Source of the DNA: Candidatus Latescibacterota bacterium
GTDB lineage: Bacteria > Latescibacterota > UBA2968
Direction of reading: 5' to 3'
Assembly: GCA_965222605.1 (NCBI GenBank)
Contig: OZ244960.1
Span: forward strand, 3,552,001-3,616,000
Length of the DNA: 64,000 nucleotides
Shown: piece by piece, positions 18,122 to 28,600 of the stretch
Layout of the letters: every line of letters starts with the position of its first letter
Numbering within the stretch: position 1 is the first letter of the stretch
Made by a program: the position numbers and the translations under genes
Notes under the pieces: generated by a model
What the model was told of the DNA's origin: nothing
Seen by the model: only the letters and a program-made list of their open reading frames with translations
Databases searched by the model: none

Positions 18122-19567
18122 TCAAAATCCTGCTTCCCTCCGTGGCAAAGGATCAACGGTCCAGGCCATGCGGTCGGCAAGGCGGGTCATGAGGTCGAGT
18201 CGTACAGAGGTGTAGTCGGGGTTGTTCCACTGGTTGTGCGTTTCAGTGGGATCGGTTTCGAGGTCGTAGAGTTCGCCGCCGCCCGTGCCGTGTGCGGCGA
18301 CGAGTTTGTAGCGGTCGGTGCGTACCATGGTGGCATGGGCTGGCGGGTTTTTATGGCCGGGCATGGCGTTGTAGTATTCGCAGTAGATGTCGTCGCGATG
18401 CTGGTCGAGGGGCGCGTCGCCTTTCAGGAGCGGGAGGAGGGTGCGGCCCTGCATGGCGGGGTGGATGTCGAGGCCGACCCATTCGAGGATGGTGGGTGCG
18501 AGGTCAACGAGTTCGACGAGTGCCGTGGAGCGCGAGCCGTCGTTGCGAAGGCCGGGTCCTGAGATGAGGAGGGGGACGCGCACAGCGGGTTCGTAGAAGA
18601 AGGGTCCTTTGAGATAGATGCCGTGGTCGCCGAGCATTTCGCCGTGGTCAGAGGTGAAGATGATGCAGGTGTTGTCGCGTTGACCGGTTTCTTCAAGGCA
18701 GGTAAGCAGGTGTCCAATTTGGCGGTCAATTACATCGACCATGGCCCAGTACGCTGCGGTGACCCAGCGGTGATCGGTGTCGGTCATTTGATCGTACGCA
18801 TACATACCTCTGCCGCCGTAGGAGCCACCGTGATCGATGCGTTGCCAGATGGGTTTGTCGTCGAGTTCGCCTTCGACGTAGTTGGGCAAGGGTAGGTCGT
18901 CAATTATATCGCGGTAGCGTTTGAGGTCTTCGCGCGGGGGATCAAAGGCGTGATGCGGGTCAAAGGGGTTGAGCGAAAAGGTCCAGGGTATGCCTTCTTC
19001 AGCGCATCGGCGGATGAAGGTGATGGCGCGTTGGATGCAATAGGTGGTCTGGCTGTGTTCTTCAGAGGGGAGTACCTGTACGTATCGAGAATCGGGAAAA
19101 GTCTGGATATCGCGCTTCAGGCCCTTGTCGCGCAACCACTGGTGATAGTCATTGGTGGGCCATCTGGGGGCGGGGTCGTGTGACCAGAAGAACTGGTCGT
19201 AGCCGTCGCCTATGCGGCGTTCTGTGCCGTGACACGCGCTGGGGTTGCATGCTGAGATGTGGAGTTTGCCCGATAGGCCGCATACGTATCCGGCGTCGTG
19301 GAGCATTTTGGTGACGGGGATTTCGTCGCTGGGAATGGATTGGCCGTTTTGTCGGCAGCGCGTGGTGCGCGGGTAGCGTCCGGTGAGAAAGCTGGATCGG
19401 CTGGGTGTGCAGACGGGACTTTGCGAGAAGGCGTATTCAAAGAGGATGCTTTGTTCGGCGAGGCGATCCAGGTTGGGGGTGTAGGTATAGGGATTGCCAT
19501 AACAGCCGAGGGTGTCAAAGCGCTGCTGGTCCGTGCAGATCCAGAGGATGTTTGGTTTGTCAGACAT
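18122..19567 (-). CDS. Sulfatase (formylglycine-dependent, S1)
   Basis: PNILWICTDQQR, CTPSR, GKLH, SDHGEMLGDHG. Confidence 0.9.
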   Translation of the reverse strand: MSDKPNILWICTDQQRFDTLGCYGNPYTYTPNLDRLAEQSILFEYAFSQSPVCTPSRSSFLTGRYPRTTRCRQNGQSIPSDEIPVTKMLHDAGYVCGLSGKLHISACNPSACHGTERRIGDGYDQFFWSHDPAPRWPTNDYHQWLRDKGLKRDIQTFPDSRYVQVLPSEEHSQTTYCIQRAITFIRRCAEEGIPWTFSLNPFDPHHAFDPPREDLKRYRDIIDDLPLPNYVEGELDDKPIWQRIDHGGSYGGRGMYAYDQMTDTDHRWVTAAYWAMVDVIDRQIGHLLTCLEETGQRDNTCIIFTSDHGEMLGDHGIYLKGPFFYEPAVRVPLLISGPGLRNDGSRSTALVELVDLAPTILEWVGLDIHPAMQGRTLLPLLKGDAPLDQHRDDIYCEYYNAMPGHKNPPAHATMVRTDRYKLVAAHGTGGGELYDLETDPTETHNQWNNPDYTSVRLDLMTRLADRMAWTVDPLPRREAGF

Positions 19568-19830
19568 GAAGACCTCAATTTGAAACGGGTGAGTACATCT
19601 CCCGCAGATATGATCCATGATTGTAGGAGAGGGACTATATAAGACCATCTCGCTCGTGATAGTCACTCATGCATGAAGGGTATTGGCTCAATGTGCAAGT
19701 CAAATATGACGTGTTGATTTGCTCTCTTGATGTTCTTTCCGTCTTGCATTGAATTGCATTTCAACATAACTTTGGGTATATTCCAAATCGTTGATGTGTG
19801 CTTTGGACTACATGGTGAGGAACGAATGCT

Positions 19831-20079
19831 ATGACCGATACATATACAGCAACTGGAACACTGGTTGATGGCCGTACAGTAACACTGAATAGGGAAATTC
19901 CGATACCAAAGGGCAAGGTGCGCGTTGTTGTCAAATCTTTGGAGGAAGTCTCAAAACGTCCTGTGCACGATGTGCTTTCAGATATTCATAAAAAACAAAA
20001 TGCCCGTGGTCACATACCTCCAGTGCGCGAGCAAGTAGATACATATTTGCAAGCAGAACGCGATAGTTGGAATGACTGA
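19831..20079 (+). CDS. Putative antitoxin upstream of a PIN toxin relic
   Basis: 82-aa protein ending ERDSWND, immediately before the PIN remnant. Confidence 0.55.
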   Translation: MTDTYTATGTLVDGRTVTLNREIPIPKGKVRVVVKSLEEVSKRPVHDVLSDIHKKQNARGHIPPVREQVDTYLQAERDSWND

Positions 20080-20081
20080 TC

Positions 20082-20216
20082 ATGCGCCTGTATTTGGATA
20101 CAGCCCCGGTCATTTTATCTGGGGCGGCTATTATCTCGAAATGCGATATATTTTTGACGAATGATCGAAGGTTAGAGCGTTTTAAGGATACTCATATCAC
20201 GGTGAAAAGGATTTGA
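20082..20216 (+). pseudogene. VapC/PIN toxin remnant (44 aa, internal deletion)
   Basis: MRLYLDTAPVI joined directly to AAIISKCDIFLTNDRRL, the N- and C-terminal PIN motifs. Confidence 0.7.
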
Positions 20217-20298
20217 AGCCATGCTCAAAGTTGAGCGTGGCTTTTTGTATATTGACGTGGTCAATCAAAAGTTTTTGGTATAATGGAAAGGAGTTTGC

Positions 20299-21696
20299 AT
20301 GATAAGCAAGCCAAATATTATTTACTTGTTGGCCGATGACTGGGGGTACGGGGATGTGAGTTGTTTGAATCCCGATTCGAAGATTCCAACGCCGCATACC
20401 GATCAACTCGCGTCTGAAGGGATGATTTTTACGGATGCACATAGCAATTCTGCGGTGTGTACGCCCACGCGGTATGGGGTGATGACGGGGCGTTATTGCT
20501 GGCGGTCGCGGTTGAAGCGCGGGGTTTTAGGTGGATATTCTGATCCGTTGCTTGAAGATGGGCGGATGACTGTGCCATCGCAGTTGCGCGATGAGGGTTA
20601 TACGACGGCGTGCGTGGGTAAGTGGCATTTGGGGTTGGGTTGGCAGGTTAGAGATGGGGCTGAGAGGGCGAATGGGGAGACGGTGAATTTTTCCGCGCCG
20701 TTGACAAATGGACCCCATACGGTGGGTTTTGATTATTCGTTTATTATTCCGGCGTCGCTGGATATGGATCCGTATTGTTATATTGAAGATGGGGTGGTGG
20801 TGGAGCAACCGATTGAGGAGACTGCGGATTCGCCCAGGCCAGCATTTTGGCGAGGGGGTGCGTGTGCGCCCGGGTTTATGCATGATACGTGTTTGCTGGA
20901 GTTGACGATTCGCGCCGAGGGGTTTATCAATCAGCACGCGAAAGAGAATGAGGATAAGCCGTTCTTTTTGTATTTTCCAGCGCCTTCGCCGCATACGCCG
21001 CATTTTGCGCGGGGGCGATTTGCAGGGCGAAGCCAGGCGGGGGAATACGGCGATTATGTGACGGAGCACGATTGGAGTGTTGGGCGCATTTTGGCGGCGG
21101 TGAAGCGCAATGGGTTGGCGGATGATACGCTGATTATTGTGACGAGTGATAATGGCTGTCACGAAGAGCCGATAGGGCTGAAGGAGAAGTACGATCATTT
21201 GGGGAATTATATTTATCGGGGGCAAAAGTCCGATGCATGGGATGGCGGGCATCGCATTCCGTTTATCGCTTCGTGGCCGGGGGTGATTGCGCCGGGGTCG
21301 CGTTGTGATAAGACGGTGTGTTTGACGGATTTGCTGGCGACTGTGGCCGGGATTTGCGATGTGGATTTGCCGAGGGATGCGGGGGAGGATAGTTATAATA
21401 TTTTGCCGTATATGCGGGGCGATCAGGAGGAGACGATTCGGGAGGCGACGGTGCATCATTCGATTAGCGGGGAGTTTGCAATTCGCAAGGATCAGTGGAA
21501 GCTGGTGGCATGCCGCGGTTCGGGTGGGTGGAGTTTGAAAGAAGCAGATGTGCCAGCGGATGCACCGCCGATGCAGCTTTACGATATGGCTTCTGATCCG
21601 GAGGAGCAGAATAATTTATACGACGAAAAGTCAGAGGTGGCAGAAGAGTTGCTCGGGATTTTGGATCGGTATCGGGAAGGCGATAGGAGTACATAA
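20299..21696 (+). CDS. Arylsulfatase
   Basis: PNIIYLLADDWGYGD, CTPTR, GKWHLG, TSDNG, GGHRIP. Confidence 0.9.
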   Translation: MISKPNIIYLLADDWGYGDVSCLNPDSKIPTPHTDQLASEGMIFTDAHSNSAVCTPTRYGVMTGRYCWRSRLKRGVLGGYSDPLLEDGRMTVPSQLRDEGYTTACVGKWHLGLGWQVRDGAERANGETVNFSAPLTNGPHTVGFDYSFIIPASLDMDPYCYIEDGVVVEQPIEETADSPRPAFWRGGACAPGFMHDTCLLELTIRAEGFINQHAKENEDKPFFLYFPAPSPHTPHFARGRFAGRSQAGEYGDYVTEHDWSVGRILAAVKRNGLADDTLIIVTSDNGCHEEPIGLKEKYDHLGNYIYRGQKSDAWDGGHRIPFIASWPGVIAPGSRCDKTVCLTDLLATVAGICDVDLPRDAGEDSYNILPYMRGDQEETIREATVHHSISGEFAIRKDQWKLVACRGSGGWSLKEADVPADAPPMQLYDMASDPEEQNNLYDEKSEVAEELLGILDRYREGDRST

Positions 21697-21707
21697 GAGG
21701 AGGCGTT

Positions 21708-21830
21708 ATGGAACGGGAAAAGTATGTTTTGCGGTTAAAGGTGATCGAGGTTTTGCGCCGTTATAGCAAGGTGCAACAGCATTTTTACATTATGCGGGAG
21801 TGGAAAAAACGCTGGATTCGTCCGAATTGA
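21708..21830 (+). CDS. Small hypothetical protein (40 aa) whose 3' end is the island-bounding repeat
   Basis: Strong SD gaggagg; MEREKYVLRLKVIEVLRRYSKVQQHFYIMREWKKRWIRPN. Confidence 0.4.
   Translation: MEREKYVLRLKVIEVLRRYSKVQQHFYIMREWKKRWIRPN
21794..21830 (+). repeat. 37-bp direct repeat, left boundary of surface-protein island
   Basis: gcgggagtggaaaaaacgctggattcgtccgaattga; 34/37 identical to 42358-42394. Confidence 0.8.
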
Positions 21831-21850
21831 GAGTAGAGAACCCCTGATGA

Positions 21851-22633
21851 TCAGAACTCCTTGCGCGCACAGAAGTAGCCTTCGCTGAGCGATAATCGCA
21901 GGCCGCTGCGCCAGTTGCCTGCAAAACCGTCGGCGGCTATTTCGTGCACTTCCAGTACCGTGTAAGCGCCGTCGAAGAGCATGTCGTCTCGTCGATTGGC
22001 GTCTGCACCCAGGCGCAACAATATGCGGCGTGCGCCATCGCGGTCGCTTTCGAGTATGAGAACGCCCGGTGCTTGCGGGTCTTCACTATCGGGGTCGCCG
22101 ACCTCATAAGCACCAACTGCGCGGAGATTTATGTCTGTAAATCCGTATAATGGCGTCGCTGAATTGCCCAATGAGTCGAGTTCCGACGGTTGTTGGCGCA
22201 GGGTGAGTGTGCCCTGCGCGGAGCGGGCGTCGCTGCCGTTGACTACTTCTATAAGTGTTAGTCGGTATTGCCCAGCTCTGTCCGATAGGGTCACGTTGGG
22301 GTGCAGACTATTGGAAGTTGGCATGCAGGTGGGCGGCAGGCGTTTTACCTCTTTGCCGAAGTTATCGACAAAGATCAGAAAATCGGAGATCCCAATCTCG
22401 CCATTGCCGTCCAGGTCGTATGTTGACTCATACTCCTCTTGATCTTCCTTTGAGCCGAATGCCTCGACAAATAACAAAAAATCGGGAATCCCCACGACCC
22501 CATTTCCGTCAAAGTCCGGGGATGGGGGGCTGTTATTCTGGGAAAAAAGAGACCACGGGAAGAACAAGAGTATCAGGCTCAGCAGACTGGCAGTGCCGAG
22601 CGCGAGTGGGAATATTTTAATAATGCGCAACAT
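21851..22633 (-). CDS. Secreted dockerin-like domain protein with uncharacterised C-terminal domain
   Basis: Signal peptide paralogous to the giant adhesins; dockerin-like pair DFDGNGVVGIPDF / DLDGNGEIGISDF (22352-22516); TAATG overlap with upstream stop. Confidence 0.75.
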   Translation of the reverse strand: MLRIIKIFPLALGTASLLSLILLFFPWSLFSQNNSPPSPDFDGNGVVGIPDFLLFVEAFGSKEDQEEYESTYDLDGNGEIGISDFLIFVDNFGKEVKRLPPTCMPTSNSLHPNVTLSDRAGQYRLTLIEVVNGSDARSAQGTLTLRQQPSELDSLGNSATPLYGFTDINLRAVGAYEVGDPDSEDPQAPGVLILESDRDGARRILLRLGADANRRDDMLFDGAYTVLEVHEIAADGFAGNWRSGLRLSLSEGYFCARKEF

Positions 22634-25600
22634 TAGTTACCCGCTGGCTTTAGATTCAAGGTAATAGGCTCGGGCTTATCTGGCCCTGCGTCGGGGTGTA
22701 TTGTGATGGTACAGTTGATCGGGAGACCCTCAGCCGCTCTTACACCGGTAGTAGAGGAAGAGGAAGGTAGGGTGTACGCGTCGGCCTGCGTGACATCGAC
22801 GCGATAGCCTAAATCGGCGAGCGATTGGATCGTGATCGCGCTCATTGGGTATGGACCTGTCGAGGCTAATCTGGGCGTCATGAGTTCGTTGTCGAGCACA
22901 GATTCCCGCCAGTGACTGTCCCGGTTACCCGCTCCTCCGTACGAGTTCTCCACCGGCACCTTTGCGCCCATATAGCTCGACCCACCTGCGGCATTGAAAG
23001 CCGCAATCGCATTTGCACCCGAGAAATGCGTGTCGGGCGCGGGAACAATGCGGTTGTTATACACGTCGATGGATGGGTTCTTCAGCAGGTTGTGATCATC
23101 CCAGGGTTCAACGCCAAATCCCAGGGTGTGACCTATCTCGTGCAGGATAAGGGCTGCCAATAGTTGGTTAGACATAGTACCCAGGTCGTCCTCGTCAAGT
23201 TCGATGCCAGCTGCGATTGGCAGGGAGGACGGAATGCGCCACAGATCTGGTCCCGCTTGTCCGAGTGTGCCTCCTTCTCCGTCAATTTCCTCAATTTCCA
23301 CATAGATCCTCAGATCATCGACAACTTCGGGAGCGGTGGTCCCTGGATAAATTCTGTTCAAGAAGCTGCGGCTGCTACTGGACAAATGATGGTTGGGAAT
23401 GTCGCCCGCGATGATTTGCTCCCAACGCTGGGTAGCGGTTTCAACTGCTGTCCGGTATTTTGAGGAGATGCTGCCGACAAAGACAAGGTCGATATCGAAG
23501 GAAGGGGTTCCATCTGTGGTCGCTTCGGCAGTCGCGGAGCGAACGCCTATTACGCTGTCGCCACAATCCGTGCCGAGGTATCCGTAATCGGCCTCATAAG
23601 TGGTGCCTGGCTCAAAGAAATCGGAGATCAGGTCTTCCAGCGTTATCGGAAAGGTAGTGGGGATATTGTTATCGTTCGCGATGATAACGCACCCTGCAGC
23701 CCCCCCCGCGATAGGCGTCTTTTGCCGAACTCTGATCCGATAAGCCCGGATTTCGTTGGCTGCAAAATTATCGGTGAATCCAATTGTGAAGAGGTTCCCG
23801 CTGATGCTCAGGGTGGGGGCTGATAAGGTCGGTGTCTGGATATTCGCATCGAAGGTTGTTGAGGTGCTTGCACCCCAGGGATCGGTTGCCGTTACGGTAA
23901 TGGTCGCAGTGCCTGTGGCCACTGGGGTGATCAGGACCACGTTATTGCTCATCTGCACGGTCGCGGCGGCACTGTTGCTCGACGATGCCGTATATCGCAG
24001 GCGAGAATCGTCGGGATCGTCGAAGACGTCATCCACATCTACCCTCTCGACAGCACCCCCTGCGGGAAGCGTTACATCGTCGATGCTGCTGGCTATCGGC
24101 GAGGTATTGGGGATCGTCATCTCGGCCGAAGGAGACCACTCGCTCTCCCCTTCGTCATTGATCGCCCGCACCTGCACTTCATAAGTCTGGTTTCGATTCA
24201 ATTCCTCGATCCGCACCGGCCAGTCCCGGTCCGGGCCCAGGGTGAGGCTTGTGCTTTTGAAGTCGCCGGTGTTCACGACGCGATACTGAATGTCATAGGC
24301 GGTGATGTCAGGACCCGTATTCGTCGGCTGTGTCCGGCCCTGGCTCACCTCGATAATGGGAACTCTAACGCCGGAAAGAACCAGTATTGGTGCTGGTGGC
24401 TGTCCCGGCGGTTCATCTACATCATCTACGACGACGGTTATGGTCTGAGTCGCTGTTCTTTCTCTGGTGCCCGTGCCACTGGTCGCCGTGACCACGATGA
24501 CGTATCTGTTATTGCTCGCTGTGGTAGATGGTCGTTCGTAGTCGGGGGCGGTCACAAAGGTCAATACACCCCCGCTCGTGATCGAGAATAGCGCCTGGGC
24601 AGCACCGCCGGTAATCTCATAGCCCGTGATGTAGTCTCTCGCATCGGCATCTGTGGCGACTACCGTGCCGACCTCGGTTTCGTTTTCGTCTATATCAAAG
24701 ATATTGGCACTGGTGAAGACCGGCGAGTTGTTGGTGCTGACATCTACCTCTGCAATTGTCACGGTTACGTTTTCCGCGGTCACGCTTTGATAGTTTCCAC
24801 CGCTTACTGCGTGGGTCAGCGTGACCGTGTCATCCGTGTTATCTGTGTCGGTCTGTGTGGTGACAGTCACGGCTTGCGAAGTGTTCCAATTGTCCTGTGT
24901 GAATGTTAGTGGCGATGGGGACGCTGAGGCATCAGAACCTGTCGGTACGGTCACGGTGACGGTCACGTCGGCGGTCGGTTGCGAGGTCAGAACCGCTGTG
25001 TACGTGTCGCTGTTGCCCTCCGGTATGGTCAATGCGGTAGGATAGATGTTCACACCGGGTTCTGCATCTATCACTGTCAGTGGCAAGTCGGTGGATTTGA
25101 CGAGCGCGTATCCGCTGTCATCCGGAGGCAAGTCTGGCAATGTTCCGATGTCAGCGGTGACGGCAGCGGTGGTGCCTGTTGTGCGGGAAATTGTGAGGGT
25201 ATTGCTTTGTATGTTGCCCTGAGAGATTTCAATGCTGCTTGCGCCGCCGTCAATGGTGCCATTGACCACATAGAGTGGCAGGAGCATTGCAAAGGGCGCG
25301 CCGGTGTGTGCTTTAGCCCTGAATATACCGGAGGTAACTGATTCCAGGGAAATGGTAATGGGCAGGGGATCAACTGTGTTGCTCTCCAGTTTGAGCGTTG
25401 TCAGTTCGGTCAGTTTAAAAAATACGCTATCGGGCAGGCTGCTGAGGTTGTTATAAGACAGCTTGAGGGTTGTCAGCTCAGTTAGTTTGGAAAATACGCT
25501 ATTGGGCAGGCTGCTGAGGTTGTTGTTATCCAACCAGAGTGTTTTCAGCGCGGTTAGACCAGAAAATGTGTTCGCGTTCAGGCTGCTGAGTTCGTGGCTG

Positions 25601-28600
25601 GTTTGTTGGCCGTTGAGATAGAGTTCTTGAAGCGATGACAGTCCGGAAAAGAGATTTGCCAGCAAGCTGCTGAGTTGGTTTTCGTCCAGACGGAGCGTTT
25701 CAAGTGTTGTCAAGCTGGAAAATACACCCGTTGGCAGGGAGGTTGATTGTAGATCGTTCTCGTGCAGCCAGAGTGTTTCCAGCGCGGTTAGACCCGAAAA
25801 CGCGTTTGCATTCAGGCTGCTGAGGTCGTTTTCCTCCAGGTAGAGTTCTTCCAGTACCGACAGGTTGGAAAAGATATTCGCTGGCAGTGTGGTGAGTGTG
25901 TTTCTATCCAGGTCGAGCCTTTGTAGTGCCGACAGGTTGGAAAAGATATTCGCATCCAGACTGCTGAGGTCGTTGTTATCCAGGCCGAGCCTTTTCAGTA
26001 CCGACAGGTTGGAGAAGATATTCGCTGGTAGGCTGGTGAGTTCGTTGCTGGACAGGTAGAGTTCTTCCAGTGCCGACAGGTTGGAGAAGATATTCGCATC
26101 CAGACTGCTGAGTTTGTTACCGGGTGGAGAAAGTACTTTCAGTGCCGACAGATTGGAGAAGATATTCGCTGGTAGGCTGGTGAGGTCGTTGCTGGACATA
26201 TAGAGTTCTTCCAGTGCCGACAGATTGGAGAAGATATTCGCATTTAGGCTGCTGAGGTCGTTCCTGGATAGAGAAAGTTCTTTCAGTGCCGACAGGTTAG
26301 AGAAGATATTCGCATCCAGAGTGCTGAGGTCGTTGTCATGCAGGTAGAGTATTTCCAGTGCCGACAGATTGGAGAAGATATTCGCATTTAGGCTGCTGAG
26401 GTCGTTGTTGGACAGATAGAGTTTTTTTAGTGCTGTCAGTTCGGAAAATGCGTCCGCGTCCAAAGTACTGAGATCGTTGAAATTCAGGGAGAGTTCTTCC
26501 AGCGCAGTTAGCCCGGAAAAGACGTTATCGGGTAACGTGGTGAGGGAGTTAAAGGTCAGGATGAGGTCTTGCAACGCGATCATCCCGGAAAAGTCGTTGG
26601 CTTTTAGCGTCGAGATGTTTTCGTTAAACAGGGAGAGGCTGGTGATCGCAGACAGATGGTCCGCCGTGACAGCGCCGCAAGTGCTAACAGGCGATGCAGC
26701 TATAATTGCGTCGCGGACCTGTGCGGTGCGGCTGCAGACACTGACGATCTGGACCTGAGTCTCGTTCGCCACCGTCAGTGTCGTGAAGGCGACGGCCGGG
26801 TTATGCGCCCTGTCGCGGATCGGGTTGGTTCCCGGCGTGTAGGCCAGTATTACCGTCTGACCCGATGTTACGGCAGAGGCGAGGGTGAGTTCCACCTCGC
26901 TGCTACGCATCGTAACCGTAGAGACGCTCCTCGCCGTGCCATCTACGGTAACCGCAAAGTCGCTGGTCGCTGGTTTTGAATTGCTGTCGAGCACTTCGCC
27001 GTAGGTCAGTGCCAACTCGTCGTCCTTTACTTCTGCGTCGGTAAGCCCCGGCGCGATGCCATCGACCTTGTGGCTGGACTGATTGGTGCGCGCCGCGTGT
27101 ACCAGGTCCGCGGTTATGGCAGTATTGTGTCTGCGGATGCGCCCGCCGTTGAGCTTGAGGCCATTGGCGTTGATGGTTGCCCCGTCGGTGTCTTCGTCGG
27201 TGTTCTGCACGGTGTATTGGAATACGAGCTGGGTCGTGCCCGAGCCGCTTTTATAGTCGGCCTGGTGTACTGTTTTATCTATCGTGAGGTCAATCTGAGG
27301 TGTGCCTGTGACTGTTACCGCCTCGTTGAAGGTTACGGTGATATCCATTATGTCATTCAGCTTGTAGGTGTTGTTCTGCCCAGAGGCCGGGGCGGAGGTG
27401 AACGCGACGCTCGATACTGTCGGCGCGGTGAGCGTGGTTCCGCTGCCTATATTGGACCACGCGCCCTTCCCTTCGGCGTTCTCTGCCTGCACCTGTATCT
27501 GGTAGGTCGTGCCCGAGCGCAAGCCGGTGATGGTGCGGGTTCGGGAGGGACCAGTGTCTGACCAGTCGGTGAACGCACCACTTATGCGGTATTGCACATG
27601 GTAGTTCGTGATGTCGGGACCGGTGTTTGTCGGCTCGTCCCAACTCACGGTCAGGCTATTCTCCGTCTCGTTGCTCGCCGTGGGTGGATCGGGCTTGCCC
27701 GGCGGTTCGTCCTCATCTTCTACAGTGACAGTTATCTCTTGCGTTACTGTTCGCGCCCGGGTGTCCGCGCCGCCAGTCGCTGTGACCTCTATGATGTATT
27801 CGTTGTTGTTCCCAGAGTCCGCCGGACGCTCGAAGTCCGGATCATCCTGGAAGTGCAATTGATTCGTGTTGGTGATCTCAAACTCGTTCTGGTCGGATCC
27901 GCCGGTGACTTCGTAGCCTGTGATGCGATCGGCTCTGTCGATATCATCGGCAGCCATTCTGCCGACAAATTTGTTATTTTCTTTGACTGTGAAGGCATCG
28001 TCGCTGGTGAAATGGGGCAGTTCGTTCTCGTCGGTGACGGTGATGGTGATGGTCTGCGCTGCGGTCAGTGCGCGGCCACCCGTGCCGCCGGTTACTGTGA
28101 CCTCGACGATGTATGTGTTGTTCCTTCCGCTATCCGTGGGATTCTCAAAGTTGGGGGCGTCCTTGAAGGTCAAAGTGCCTCCGCTATTGATCTCGAGCAG
28201 GTCCCGGTCACTGCCTCCGGTGATGGTGTACCCGGTGATGCCATCGCCGCTATCGACATCCTCGGCATCCACCAGGCCAGCGAACTGGTTATTTTCTTCC
28301 GCCTCGAAGGTCGCATCGCTGATAAATGTGGGCGGTTCGTTGACATCGTTCAGGTCAATGAACACGGGGATGGCACTATCGCCGCTGTGCCCGTCGGTTG
28401 CTTTCACATCCACAAGATAGCTGGGTTGTGTCTCGTAGTCGTAGGTCTGACCCGATTTGGTGCGAATCTGACCGTTGCGTGTGTCAATGGTGAAGGCATC
28501 CTTGTCCTGTCCTTCGAGGCTATAGGCCAACGTGGTGTTCTCGGGGTCAGTTGCACTGATTGGATCACCGATGTTGTGGACGCCTGTGGTGTTTTCGTCA

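Noticed and set aside
25380-26650. 72-bp periodic repeats as CRISPR or a DGR target
   Set aside because: They encode LRRs in frame; no reverse transcriptase or adenine-specific TR/VR pair seen
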